NCBI GenBank assembly: GCA_000934665.2
Contig: JYFJ02000540.1
Coordinates: 174,549-194,548, forward strand
Direction of reading: 5' to 3'
Length of the DNA: 20,000 nucleotides
Origin: Catajapyx aquilonaris
Lineage: Eukaryota
Shown: piece by piece, positions 1 through 11,100 of the stretch
Layout: every line of letters begins with the position of its first letter
Position numbering within the stretch: position 1 is the stretch's first letter
The notes under the pieces: generated by a model
Databases searched by the model: none
What the model saw: the letters and a program-made list of their open reading frames with translations, nothing else
Told to the model about the DNA's origin: nothing
Program-made: the position numbers and the translations under genes

Positions 1-13
1 ACACATGCACCAG

Positions 14-70
14 ATTGGGCTTCCGCTGTATATATATAAAAAAAGTCACGGCCCCGTGTCTCTATTTGCC
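14..70 (+). promoter_or_regulatory. Candidate TATA-type core promoter
   Basis: ATTGG (inverted CCAAT) at 14-18, TATAAAA at 35-41 within a (TA)n run, and Inr-like TCTATTT with its A at 64, 29 nt after the TATA start. Motif match only. Confidence 0.25.
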
Positions 71-1700
71 GGTAGAACGACCATGAGTAGGACCTTCCCC
101 CAAAACTAACCCCCCCTCGAAATCCTTTGGGCCGGTGAACATGGAGGTGCCCGCAGACATTTACTTCGAGTCTGGCTTCAAACCCATTTGCCTTGGCAAC
201 AGGGTGGAAAGGAGATAATGCAGTCCCAGCCGGCCCATTCATTCCCAACCACCCAACCCCCCTGTGATATACCTGCATTTCCGACCCATGAGCCCATGTC
301 ACTACACCATTGATAAGGCTTACTGTGTGTGTGCACATTTTAATCAGTCCCGGGTCCTCGCATCGGTCACAATTTCCATACACACTGATATAACATTTTG
401 TGAATTAGGCATTCTTTACCCCCCTAGCTCCATTCAGGATGGGGGGCCGACAATGGCGACCAAAAAAATATTATTAAACATAGTGCAATCGAGGCTGGGA
501 TGTTCAGGAAGTAATGCATATCCGCTTTTTATACGTGTAGCGCGTGAATCCAATCGTTTTTTAGGCATAAAAGAGGTGGGGGGGTGTATGGAAGGCCTGG
601 GGTTTTTATATAGCCCCATATTGAACAAGCCTGGGCACATGCGCTGGGGCTTGTTAACCCTTGCCCTTCCTTTCTATTCACTATTCCGGCTACAAAGTTG
701 AAAGCCAGATTAATGTGGGCTCCGCATCGCATTGATACGCTTCGTATCTGACGATTGGTTTCTCTTCGGCCCGCATGAATTGAGCTCTATCTTCGCATCA
801 CGTATTTTAATATCGGTTTCCCCCCCTTTTATTTGCTACCGGGGTTATTTCGATCGGATGCGGTATAGAATGCTGATAAATTTGTCAGTGAGCAGAGTCT
901 GTAAATAGTAAGTCCGCGAATCCCACAGTTAATCCCGGTGTACAGTTAGAAAGAGTATGAGAGATAAGCAAAAGCCTCTCATTGGCTCAATGTGTTGTAT
1001 AATATGTGTGCACAATTTTTAGGGCTTTGTAGGCAGAGGTTCATGAATGAATTTCATTGATGTTTGCGAGATATTGCTGATGCAGTTGACATTTCTTCAA
1101 ATGGAATAAAGATTTCATTTTTTATCAGTTTTAGTGAATAATTTGGGCAAATATACAAATAAAAGTTGCTTCTGTTCACCTCCATATTATACACTGCAGA
1201 ATATACCTTTTCGTCTCCCCTTGTTTACCTCGGTGATGTCCTCTCCCTGGTGTGGTCACCATGGCTGGTGGCTATATACCTGCTGCTTAGTGAGGTTTGG
1301 AACTTTCATCTCTCCACCATCCATCCATCCACCCTGGCCACCCCCACCCTGTGGGAAAAGCGTCATAGTCCTAACATCTCATTATCGTCGAAGCCAAACA
1401 TACTGCTCTTCTAAGCTGCTTGGGAACATCACACGCTGCAAAATCCGATGATGAGTTCAGCTTGCACCATGCTCAACTTATGCTGCTTTGCTGCAGCTGC
1501 ACGACCTCAATAAGTTGCGATTCTCAACGACAATAGTCTTCTCACATTCACTTCAACCCAAGTGCAATGGATCCATCTGCAAGTGAAAGCCGCAACTCAA
1601 GTTTGAAACACTATAGCATCAAGATCATTCTGAATTAACTGGTTGCTCTTATATCAAATTATTCAGCTAATAATGGCGGTAAATGGTTCATGACCATTCT

Positions 1701-1800
1701 CGCAAAATATTCGCCATCATTCTGCTTATCACACCTCCGCTAAATTCAACTACGCAAATTTCGCCGAGCAAGCGACGTACGTCTCCGCAAAATATTCGCC
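1701..1800 (+). repeat. Local direct repeats of CGCAAAATATTCGCC
   Basis: Exact 15-mers at 1701-1715 and 1786-1800, and a shortened copy CGCAAATTTCGCC at 1753-1765. Confidence 0.8.
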
Positions 1801-2577
1801 CATTTCCGTCCAACAACCGAGCGCTAATGTCAGCGCAAGATCACCCCCTCTCAGCTCCCCCAAAAAATACACAAGCCCACCAGGGCACAACTTGTAGGCC
1901 ACTAAAAGTTACAACCCCGAGGCCACAATTGCCAATTACTCCCACGAAAATGACCCATTTTTGCTCCCCCCCCCTCTACGGCTCAAGTTCTCATGATTAT
2001 GCGAAGACTTGAGGGGGATATTTTAAGCCATAACATTTTTTGCAAAAAAATGGGTGACATTTTCAACCCCCCCAAAGTGTGTCTCTTCAAGTGTTCATAA
2101 CCGAGTCAGAGCAACAATTGATTTACGTGCTATACAAGTTGATTGCTTCACAGGGATTCAAACTTGCATTCTGTTTGTGTTGGCTGCGGGCTGCGGGTTC
2201 AGGTTGAGGCCATCAATTTGTGGATATTTGCATCGGACAACGCCGGGCTAATATTGCAGAAAACTAATCAACTTGTGATGCAATAATTAGTTACTTCCTT
2301 CCCCACCTATGCGCCTCCCCCCCCAGCACCGGTTTTAGTGTTGGTTTCACGGGTGATGGCTCCGGATCATTTGTTACACGCAATAAACCGTATGATTTGT
2401 GCATTTTATACGTCGTATATTGATTTCGGTGATATCCGGGGACTATTTTAGGGGAAAAGTAATTGGTACACATTATTGTCAATATATCGAATTTCGTGCA
2501 CCAATTGATGCGATGATTGAACTGCCTTAAGATTATGGCTAATTGAAGTCATTGATTATATTGGTATATCAACATTA

Positions 2578-2649
2578 CAGTGTAAAAAGAGCAAAAGTTG
2601 GTATGACACTGTAGCTTTCTGAAAAAATTGTCATAACGCAATTACACTG
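2578..2649. mobile_element. Possible Tc1-type (CAGTG) mini-element remnant
   Basis: TA|CAGTGTAA ... TTACACTG|TA (10-bp inverted repeat including the TA), plus an inner TATGACA/TGTCATA inverted repeat at 2602-2608/2629-2635. Confidence 0.35.
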
Positions 2650-5405
2650 TACAGCGTTATTTTATCGCCCAACAGCACGTTGCAAATGTCACACACAATA
2701 TAAAAAACGCGTTTATTGACCGGCTTTCTCTGTGAAGTTCCACGCCTTTTGATCCAAAATAAAACCGCAGCATGAAGCATGATTTAGCTAAAAAATTAAC
2801 CGTACAACATAGGCCTATAAACATTAAACCGTGTGAACAATTAATAGCTCGAATATCCAATTAATTAATACTTTGTCGCTATATGCAGTCTGGATTATAA
2901 TTTAACTTAACTATACGTACTCCCATAGTGTTTTTCACAAACGGGCTCGTTCAAGTGCATGATCATAATTTTAAAAAGCGATGAGTAAGTGAATTACAGC
3001 TCTGAATAAATACACGTCAAAGTACAGCTTTCATCAGCTTAAACATTGCGTAACCGACTGACACACGTTAATTATACCGTCCGATTACAACATGCTTGCA
3101 TACCCTTCACAGCACACGACCTATTCGAAGAGGGAAAAAAAGGAGGAATTTTCCCAGCTCAGGAAAAAAAAAGACGATTCAGATTTTATGACCCGGTGGA
3201 CCCGGAAACGACTTATTTTCTCCCCCGATCCAGCGATCATGTTTGAGTAAAGAAAAGCCACTCTGGACTGAATAAATGGCTTCCTGATCCGGATCCGGGA
3301 AACGTACACCTCAGTTTCACATCATATTCCTCATAGGAAACCGGTCGATTTCAAGGGGGATCCTCTTCAAATATAGTTTAAAGGTCGTAACTATAGAAAC
3401 TGCATTATATTATACCTTTCACAACTAAATCTGATGAAAAATGGGACGTCCCGGATAGAAAAACTCTTGAATCCGGGATCCTCACATTTTGGGGGGGTGC
3501 GGAGGTGTACAGAGTGAGTCGTGAGATTATAAAAGAGGTTTTTGCGACTAGTGGAAGAGAAAGTTTTCGCGATGCGACGATCTCTTCATATTTTCCAAGG
3601 CGGAAGTTGACTGCACGCTGAAACCTTTCCATAGCTTTTTAGTAGAAGGAGGAGGAGGAGGGGAGAAAGGAGAGGGGGGAAAAAGTTTTATCGTGCTTTT
3701 CCCAGGTTGAGATGGAAGGAGGCAAAGGTCGTTTGCCGGTATTTCATCTCTCGAGGGAATCCCAAAGAGAGGAAGAAGCTTTTATCTCGCCGCCTTCTGC
3801 AAGTCACAAAACAATGACAACACAAAGTTTTTGGGGGGGAGGCCCAAAGCTTAAAATATTGCTCCTCCTTTATAATCCACTCCTTATATGAGAAAAAGTT
3901 TGCCATTCGAAGAAAATATCGGCGATGATTAGTTCAGCTCTGCATTAACATTAGCAATATATGAAGCTCAAATTGAAATGTTGTGCACACTACCTTCAAT
4001 GTAAATTATTCACGATTGCAGCTATAACATGCGCTGTACGTATATGTTGAACAAACTACGAGCTAATAACAATTCGCAATTAACATAAGTAGGGTGTAGC
4101 CCGGTGTAACCAAAATGACAAATGGGCGAGGCCTATGTGCTTAATGATAAGGACATTGAAAGTAATTATGTGTTATGTCGAGGAATTTGACATTTTATTG
4201 CAAAATGAATACTTTATAAAATTCCAAGACCGTACACCACTAATAAATGCGTATGTGGGAGTTAACATTAAAGCAGACAAGTAGAAGAACATTTCGACGT
4301 CTCCTAATCGAGTCAAAGAAAAGTAGAGGGTTTTTTCCCCCAAAGTCAAGCTGGTCAAAAAGCCAAGGCCCAACCCCCCTCTATCCCCACTTGTTCCATG
4401 TGAGGCACGATGAAAGGAAAAGGAAAAGGACGGAGCGGCTACAGAAAACGCAATTATGCCTTTAATTGGCAGAGGGAGCTGCAGGAGCTGGAAACCCGCA
4501 GATTTTCCAACGTAGTTTGCGGCTTTCAGAAACGGAAAAGGAGGGAAAAAGGACCAGAAGCCAGAGAGAAAAAAATACTACACAAACATATCCTGCTGTA
4601 CACCAGCTAGTCCCTTGCATTAAAGAGCGACTCCTGCAATGTAATTAGTATTAGGTCAATTTTGATCTAAATTAAATAAGAATCGATCCAAAACAATGTC
4701 ACCTTTCCATACAATGAAAGCTTACAGTGTGAATGAAAGTACCCTTTAAAAAGCGTTAATAATCCAGCCATTTCCGACAGGTAAACGGATGTAATCAGAT
4801 CAAGCAAATGAGCTTCTATCGCAGCCTAAAAAAACGAACGATAGAAGCCCCCCCCCCCCTCTTTTTTTGTACCCTAAAAAATGTTCAAATTCCTGGCGTT
4901 TCTGCCACAGTGCATTTGCGGCAAGCTTGGAATAGTTACTTGATCGAACGAAATTTCAGGAGAGCTAGAGAGGGGAGGCTGCATCGGGTTACAAACGTAC
5001 GTGACTCTGAACTATACAATTCAGCCTTGGAATAGTTCAGACAACAATATCAACAGTGCGATCCAACAATTGCGGATTCTCTCGTGTACTTTATATCTAC
5101 ATAAGATATCTACAGAACATGAACTGTTCGAGTGCAGATGTCGGTTTAAAAAAATATTTTTGGAGCTCTCTCGAAAGGCCCTCTCAGAAAACGAAACTTT
5201 CGGATGTGTCTGGCTCGTGTTTTTTGGATCGTGATAAATTAATTCCGAGCGAGCTTTAATTGGGAACCGTGTATCCGCTTAACTCAATTTCGCGAGTTAT
5301 CCAACCGCTGTCCGAAAATTCGCGCCTGGTTTCAACCACTAATATTTCATGCTCGAACTACGCACCTTCAACTAGCCCAACAAAATAATACATGTTCTCT
5401 CTTTT

Positions 5406-5420
5406 TGTGTGTGTGTGTGT
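5406..5420. repeat. (TG)7 microsatellite
   Basis: Directly visible in the sequence. Confidence 0.85.
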
Positions 5421-6639
5421 AAATCTTGCAATTAATGGAACATGGTCGCGGATGACTGCGGGCAAGTTATATTAGATATTCTTGTCGGTTTGAATTATCC
5501 TCTCCGTTGCATTATTGATACAAGGTTCACTTGAACATTCGTGCATTAACCTTTATGAGATTCCTTCCAGTCCTCTCTATAGAACATTCCTGTGAGCCTT
5601 TTCAGCCTCCTGCAGGAAACACACTGAGGGGGAATTTCTTCAGCGCAATTACACTTGACTAATCTATACTGAAAAGTACTCTCTTTGTATCACAAAGGGC
5701 AGGTTTCTTTTTGTCTACATTCTACACACAAAAAAAACGTAATTAAGATCCCTTTGGGTGTCAACTTGGAGGTTTGAGAGGGGAGGGGGGGAAAGTTCGG
5801 AAAGTGATCTTGGAGGAATCCCGGAATTTTAAATTACGTCAGGGGAGGTGTTCCATTATCCCAGAGTGGAACAAAAGGGGAGAAGAAAACTACGGGGGCC
5901 CGAATCCCCCCCTCCTCCGTAACCGCTCATTTTCACAGAGTCAACCGAGCTAACATCTCTTATCCCCATTGCCGGATCGAAGAGTCCTGTCAGTCGGCTC
6001 CAAAGACAGTTTAATGGTTTTCTCCGGCAAACCAAACTTTTGCTCGCCCAATGACTTGTGACTTGCAACTCTTGGAGTTCCAGGCCTCCAAAGACCACGG
6101 TCGTCTTCTGCAAACAAAAGGGGTGGGGAGGGGGAGAGGAAGAAACGTCCGCTTCATAAATCTCTCTTTTCTCCAGCAGAATGTGCCGCCTTTTTCGTCA
6201 TCCCTTTGGTTGGCTTTATATTCCGCATCTTCCGGAGACGACGACTCTTCTCCGCATAGCCGAACATAACTTATCAGCATATGGCCCCGGCTACACTGCT
6301 TGTGTGGTGAAAACTACAGGGGCAATACGTTACGATGACAAACGGCGAAATGTGGCATGTAGGGAAAATGTATGGCCGAAATTTTCAAACTACATCCGGA
6401 GAAGCTAACTTTATGTCTGTTTATACGACAATGATTAAATAACGCTTGTTCCCCCCCCCTCTCCAATAAATCAATTGGGGAAATATTTTTTTTTAAATAA
6501 CTTATCTATGCGGAAATCACATTTCCCAATTCATATCCAGCATGAAACGAAAAAATGTGCAGAGAATGCATGTTGAGCATCATGCTTCATTCACTAATGT
6601 ACTCTACACGTTTTAAACAATGTGTAACATTCATTAATA

Positions 6640-6793
6640 CAGGGTCACGCTTCACAGCATGCTCATAAACCGTAATGTTATTGTAAAAGTATTCGGCACT
6701 CATCGTGTTTCCCTTTGCCTGTGTGCGTTACGGTCTGCTGAATAATTTTCAATCAACGTTAACCAAATGCTCGCGATTTAGGGCTACACCCTG
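6640..6793. mobile_element. Possible highly decayed CAGGGT-type MITE (154 bp)
   Basis: TA|CAGGGT ... ACCCTG|TA, with weak similarity beyond the terminal 6 bp. Confidence 0.3.
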
Positions 6794-7809
6794 TAATTAT
6801 GCGTTTCATCAACTTCGTTTAAAATAGTATATTGCAGATATAATTTTACGTTGTTGTATTGCATCCGGGTAATAATGTAAAATTTGCGGTTTCGCCCAAA
6901 TCGCCAGGTATGCTTCGTAATGGATGGACGCCATTACTCGCTGTTCATATAAAGACCTCAAATAAACCGCACAAAATTCTGGATTCCGTTTTAAGCTTAA
7001 ATAAGTTTCAAATCCCTCACAAACTCTTGCACACACTCCACAGTCTGATACTATACTGTACATTTGTACACATTATGCTTTTAAAAGAAAGTTGTATGGG
7101 TTTCTGTCTGATGTTTTCAAAGATGTGCATTTTTGTGCAGTAAAGCATTATAGACCAGTTTCTGCACAGTGCTAGAGTTTTTAAATAATATCGTGGTTTT
7201 GTCCTGCAGCAACATTCTCTTTTGACTTCATTTCGGTTCCTCATACAGTTAGTTTAGGCGAACGTCATTTCATAAGGGTTGGAACGAAAAGAGCTTACAG
7301 TAACAAGGAGACGTACCGAGAAATTGTATGCTGTGAACTGTAAGCCTAAACAACTCTATAGGGTCTAGGATATACATGTGTGCTAATCCACTCTGTTTTT
7401 GATGGAAGTAAAGTACTGAAGTAGCAGCAAGTAATGAACAAGATGTACTTTAAGTTCCACGTTTATTACTAGAACTAGGTGGGGTCCATTCAGTTGTGTT
7501 CTCTCAGTTCGATCGAGTTCTACCAACGGTATTATCATCATTTCTGCAGAAACTCTGCTGGTGAGAGACCATTCACTCCTTCCTGCACGTTTGACTCACA
7601 TCGGAAATGGAGGCCAGAAAACGAGCACCCCCACAAAAAAAACCCTCGTGGAGGGATCTGCACCAGCTTCGTTAATCCCAGAATCATGGATCAGAGGCCT
7701 CTCTCTCCCACACCCCTTCCACTTCTTCCCCTATCTGGTTCCGGAGATAAACGAGATTACCTAGTCGACTCCTTCCATCCACCTCTCCAGAGAGAGGCCT
7801 GATTGGTGC

Positions 7810-7946
7810 GGGAAATCCCCGCAAGGCGTTTGCTCCACCTACCTTCGTTCCCCGCAAAACTTTGTCAGCTTCTGGGAGTTTCCATCAGGTGAAATTTCGG
7901 CTCCTATTTTTTTGTGTGGAAAATGCAGGAAACCTGTGGGTTTTCC
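7810..7946 (+). promoter_or_regulatory. Cluster of NF-kB/Rel-like motifs
   Basis: GGGAAATCCC at 7810, GGGAGTTTCC at 7874 and GGGTTTTCC at 7938. Confidence 0.3.
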
Positions 7947-8178
7947 GGGTAGTCCTGACCGGATGAGGCGAGAGGAGCCTCTTCAGGTCCTTTTCGCCTC
8001 TTTCGCTCCGTTGAAGACAGGTAAACATGCTTCCCTCATACATTGGGAAGCATCGGATTACACCCTGTCCGCACACCTGATCAAAGGGGGGCTAGAGAGT
8101 ACTCGTCCGTTTTCAAAGTTTGCATGCCAGAGAAAGTGCAGTGAGTAGAGAGACCAGCAGAGAGGATTAAACTTCACC

Positions 8179-8196
8179 CTCTCTCTCTCTCTCTCT
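8179..8196. repeat. (CT)9 microsatellite
   Basis: Directly visible in the sequence. Confidence 0.9.
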
Positions 8197-11100
8197 ACCC
8201 CCATTTTCCCCTTGCATTGTAACGTAATTAACGCATTTTACATGCTTGACCCACCAGGTAATTGCCCACTTGTCTATTTCGAGGGTAATGGCCCAACAGC
8301 CCTTCACTATATGAAAATGGCTTCCTGCAACGCTGTAAGGTAACTTGATTACGGGAGAGGGATTTTCGGCTTGTCAAAATCCGTCTGCGTCGCTGTCGAA
8401 AGAATGTAGAGTGTGGCCCTTGTAATGCTGTAATGAATCGGATCAGGGCGGATGCCACGTTTTTGCAAGAATAAAATAAGGTCTTGCCTTAGGTTCATGA
8501 AGAAGTAGTAAAGGGCCTTGAAATACCACAGGGTTATTTTCTAGCTAAGAGGATTATGTTTTCTCAAGATACAGAATTCAGGTCATCCTTACGTTATTAC
8601 AAAACAGCGCAGTATGGTTCGTAAGTAATTATTGAGCACTTCAGGCAAAGTTGTCTCCGGATGATGATGTTCACAAAATTATTAATATTAGAATAATCAA
8701 TACTATGGTCAATTGATGGCTATCAATTCCGCCACACCGTTGACGAAACAGCTATTAATAATATTGCTTTTAATAACAAATACTATACACTGTACCGCTG
8801 TAATAATATCAGAAGGCTATATCACTACAGTAAAAACAGGTTTAATAATGACTTCCTAATGCAAACAATTACATAACAATAGGCCTACATCAGTTACTGT
8901 TAATTGCATTCATGTTGGCGTATGAGTAAAAAAACACTCCACTTTGAATTATTAATATTTGAATGGTAGAATAATTAGCATATTTTTATCGCAATCATTG
9001 AATGAATCATTACGTAAAATAATGCTGATGAAAAGGACAGTTTTTCTTAACGTCACTCCCCTTGACAAAATAATTACGTGTAATACAATCTGATATCTCA
9101 ATATTACTCCAATCTCCCTCGTTCTACTGTGCAGATCTGGCCATATCAATAGTAGGTGTAATCAGGAAAATTCTCGCCTAAAATTTTGCTTTAATAAAAA
9201 CGTGGTCGCCCAGTAGCAGACATCGCGCCACGATGCCATTTTTGTTTATGCACCCCCCAAAAAATGGCGAGTTGAAGTAAGATGGCATCTCTCGCGAAAT
9301 AAGTTGAGGGTCGGCAAAAAGAAGGGGGGGGGGGAAGAAACTTTTGGCACGACTTTTAAATTACACTTGACTCTGCAGGTTATTTATTCCAGCAGAATAA
9401 ATCGGTGGTAGCGGGAGAGGGAGGAGTGCCCAGAGACATTTATAACTCTGGGTATACACAAGGAAGCCCCGGAAATGAAGAAGTTGACAGTCGAGATTCC
9501 ATTCCATGTGCTGTTGCCACTAGTCAACTTTCGCACTTTTATCTGTATCAAATTGAATGTTCTCTCTCTAGGGCATGTCCCACCAACTGCATATAAGAGA
9601 GAGGCCACCGGAAAACGTTTCCTATCTCTGTTGCTGACCACCCCATTTGGATTCCATTGTTACACGCAACAATGTCCTTCAACTCTGCTGCGGCGACTAA
9701 CCTATAAATGGACTATGCGAATGATTATTATCTCACGTCAGCCCTTGGCAATAATGGCCTGGAAGAGGGGGGGGGGGTCTTATCAGACATCACGGGCAAG
9801 CGCACAAACTGCGGGAAGCATTGTTATTTTATTATATTGCTTGCGTAATATTGTTATGCATGCTTCAGATAGGCTTTGCTTGAGCTTGGTAAACTTATTC
9901 ACTCCATGGCTTTTGTGGTGCTTAAGAGGTTAGTACACCTAATATGATGCTAAGTAAGTGCATGTTTTGCATTGTTAGGCATTGTTGACCCTAGAAACAA
10001 TCATGTCGTGATTGTTGCTTCCCTTTAAAGTTGTGGTTGAAGTGAACAAGCTGAAATATTTTTCGCTCTCCATTGTTTGTGTGTGTATTTGAATAACTGA
10101 TAGTACAGAGAAAAAGTGTGTAATGCGGGCTTTGCTATGGTTCTGGCCAAAATGGCATACGTAACAATGAAGGTTGGAGAAAATAGCGGATTTGTTTGCT
10201 GCAACTAGTATAAACAGAAACAACAATCCTGGATTCACATGTGCTCATTACAGCTTCTGTTTAAACTAGTTGGAGTAAACAGCAGTTTGTCCCTAAACCC
10301 ATGATTGTTACACTAGCTGTAACCTTGGAAGTTTGCACTCAGCCAGTTACATCAAACTCTCATTATTTTGTATACAATCCGCTACTGCATAGAGGTGGAC
10401 AATAATCAGTGTCAAGTTCAGTGGGCAATAAAAAAAAGCCACAAGTGTTCCTTTGTGTGTACTTCTCGCTTGCTCTCCTTTATTCGCAATGTTATCCACC
10501 TTCACACCATTTAAAAAAAATAAACGCATGTTGTAAAAAAACACAAAAGTACAGGAAATCAGTACAATTGTGTCGCCCGAAGCACGTTTTGTTAAAGTTT
10601 CTCACTTGTATAGGAAGGGGACCACTTAGAAGCAAAATATTGCTGCCATATGCAGTACAGTACCCATCCTTTGTACAGTGCAATTGCATTTCATTTTTAT
10701 CACTAAACGAGATGTTTAAAACGTGTACAAATTTGCGCGTCAGGTGTCGGAATTTGAAGCCCAACTACTGGTACGTAAGTTTGCATCTCTAGAGTATAAT
10801 AATTTCCGAAAAAAAAAACCTATTATCAGTTCATCACACATTGATTTGTCCATCCAACCTTATATGCAACAATGTCTCTAAGCCCTTCTAAAAATACCCC
10901 TGGAGCAATTAGGTTCATCCCAGCACATGTTTACAAGCTCTGGTTATAATAACAGTAATGTAAGTGAGTCTGCCGCAAAGACCGCACAGAGCACAAAAGG
11001 TAAGCAAGCGACAACACAAGCCTGCAGTCATAAATTATGTTTCTGCTTGTTTTAAGCGTCCTCCAGGGCGTCATACTAACACTAGGTGGGTAGAAAGGGG

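Noticed and set aside
1250..1300. WCGHHGWWLYTCCLVRF resembling a LITAF hydrophobic segment
   Set aside because: No flanking CxxC or HxCxxC motif and no exon structure.
3431..3480. Hammerhead-like CTGATGA ... GAAA (also CTGATGA at 9026)
   Set aside because: No proper stem II adjacent to the core, and no stems I/III around an NUH cleavage site.
4091..6792. 12-bp inverted match AGGGTGTAGCCC/GGGCTACACCCT as TIRs of a 2.7-kb element
   Set aside because: No extension beyond 12 bp, no TA on the left and no transposase remnant inside. Several 12-mer matches are expected by chance in 20 kb.
7810..8100. RNase MRP-like motifs (GGAAATCCCC ... GGGGCT)
   Set aside because: The conserved GAAAGUCCCC lacks its G, so P4 pairing fails. 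No GARAR/P8 element or terminal P1 helix was seen.
8242..8343. smORF MLDPPGNC... resembling tarsal-less/pri peptides
   Set aside because: It does not match LDPTGxY and is a single copy. The GGTAATTGCCCA/GGTAATGGCCCA repeat is more simply read as homeodomain-like sites.
9382..9535. Run of 7-9 bp hairpins, including a 60-nt pre-miRNA-like fold
   Set aside because: The large unpaired loop and stem lengths are within rough chance expectation, and no known miRNA sequence was recognised.
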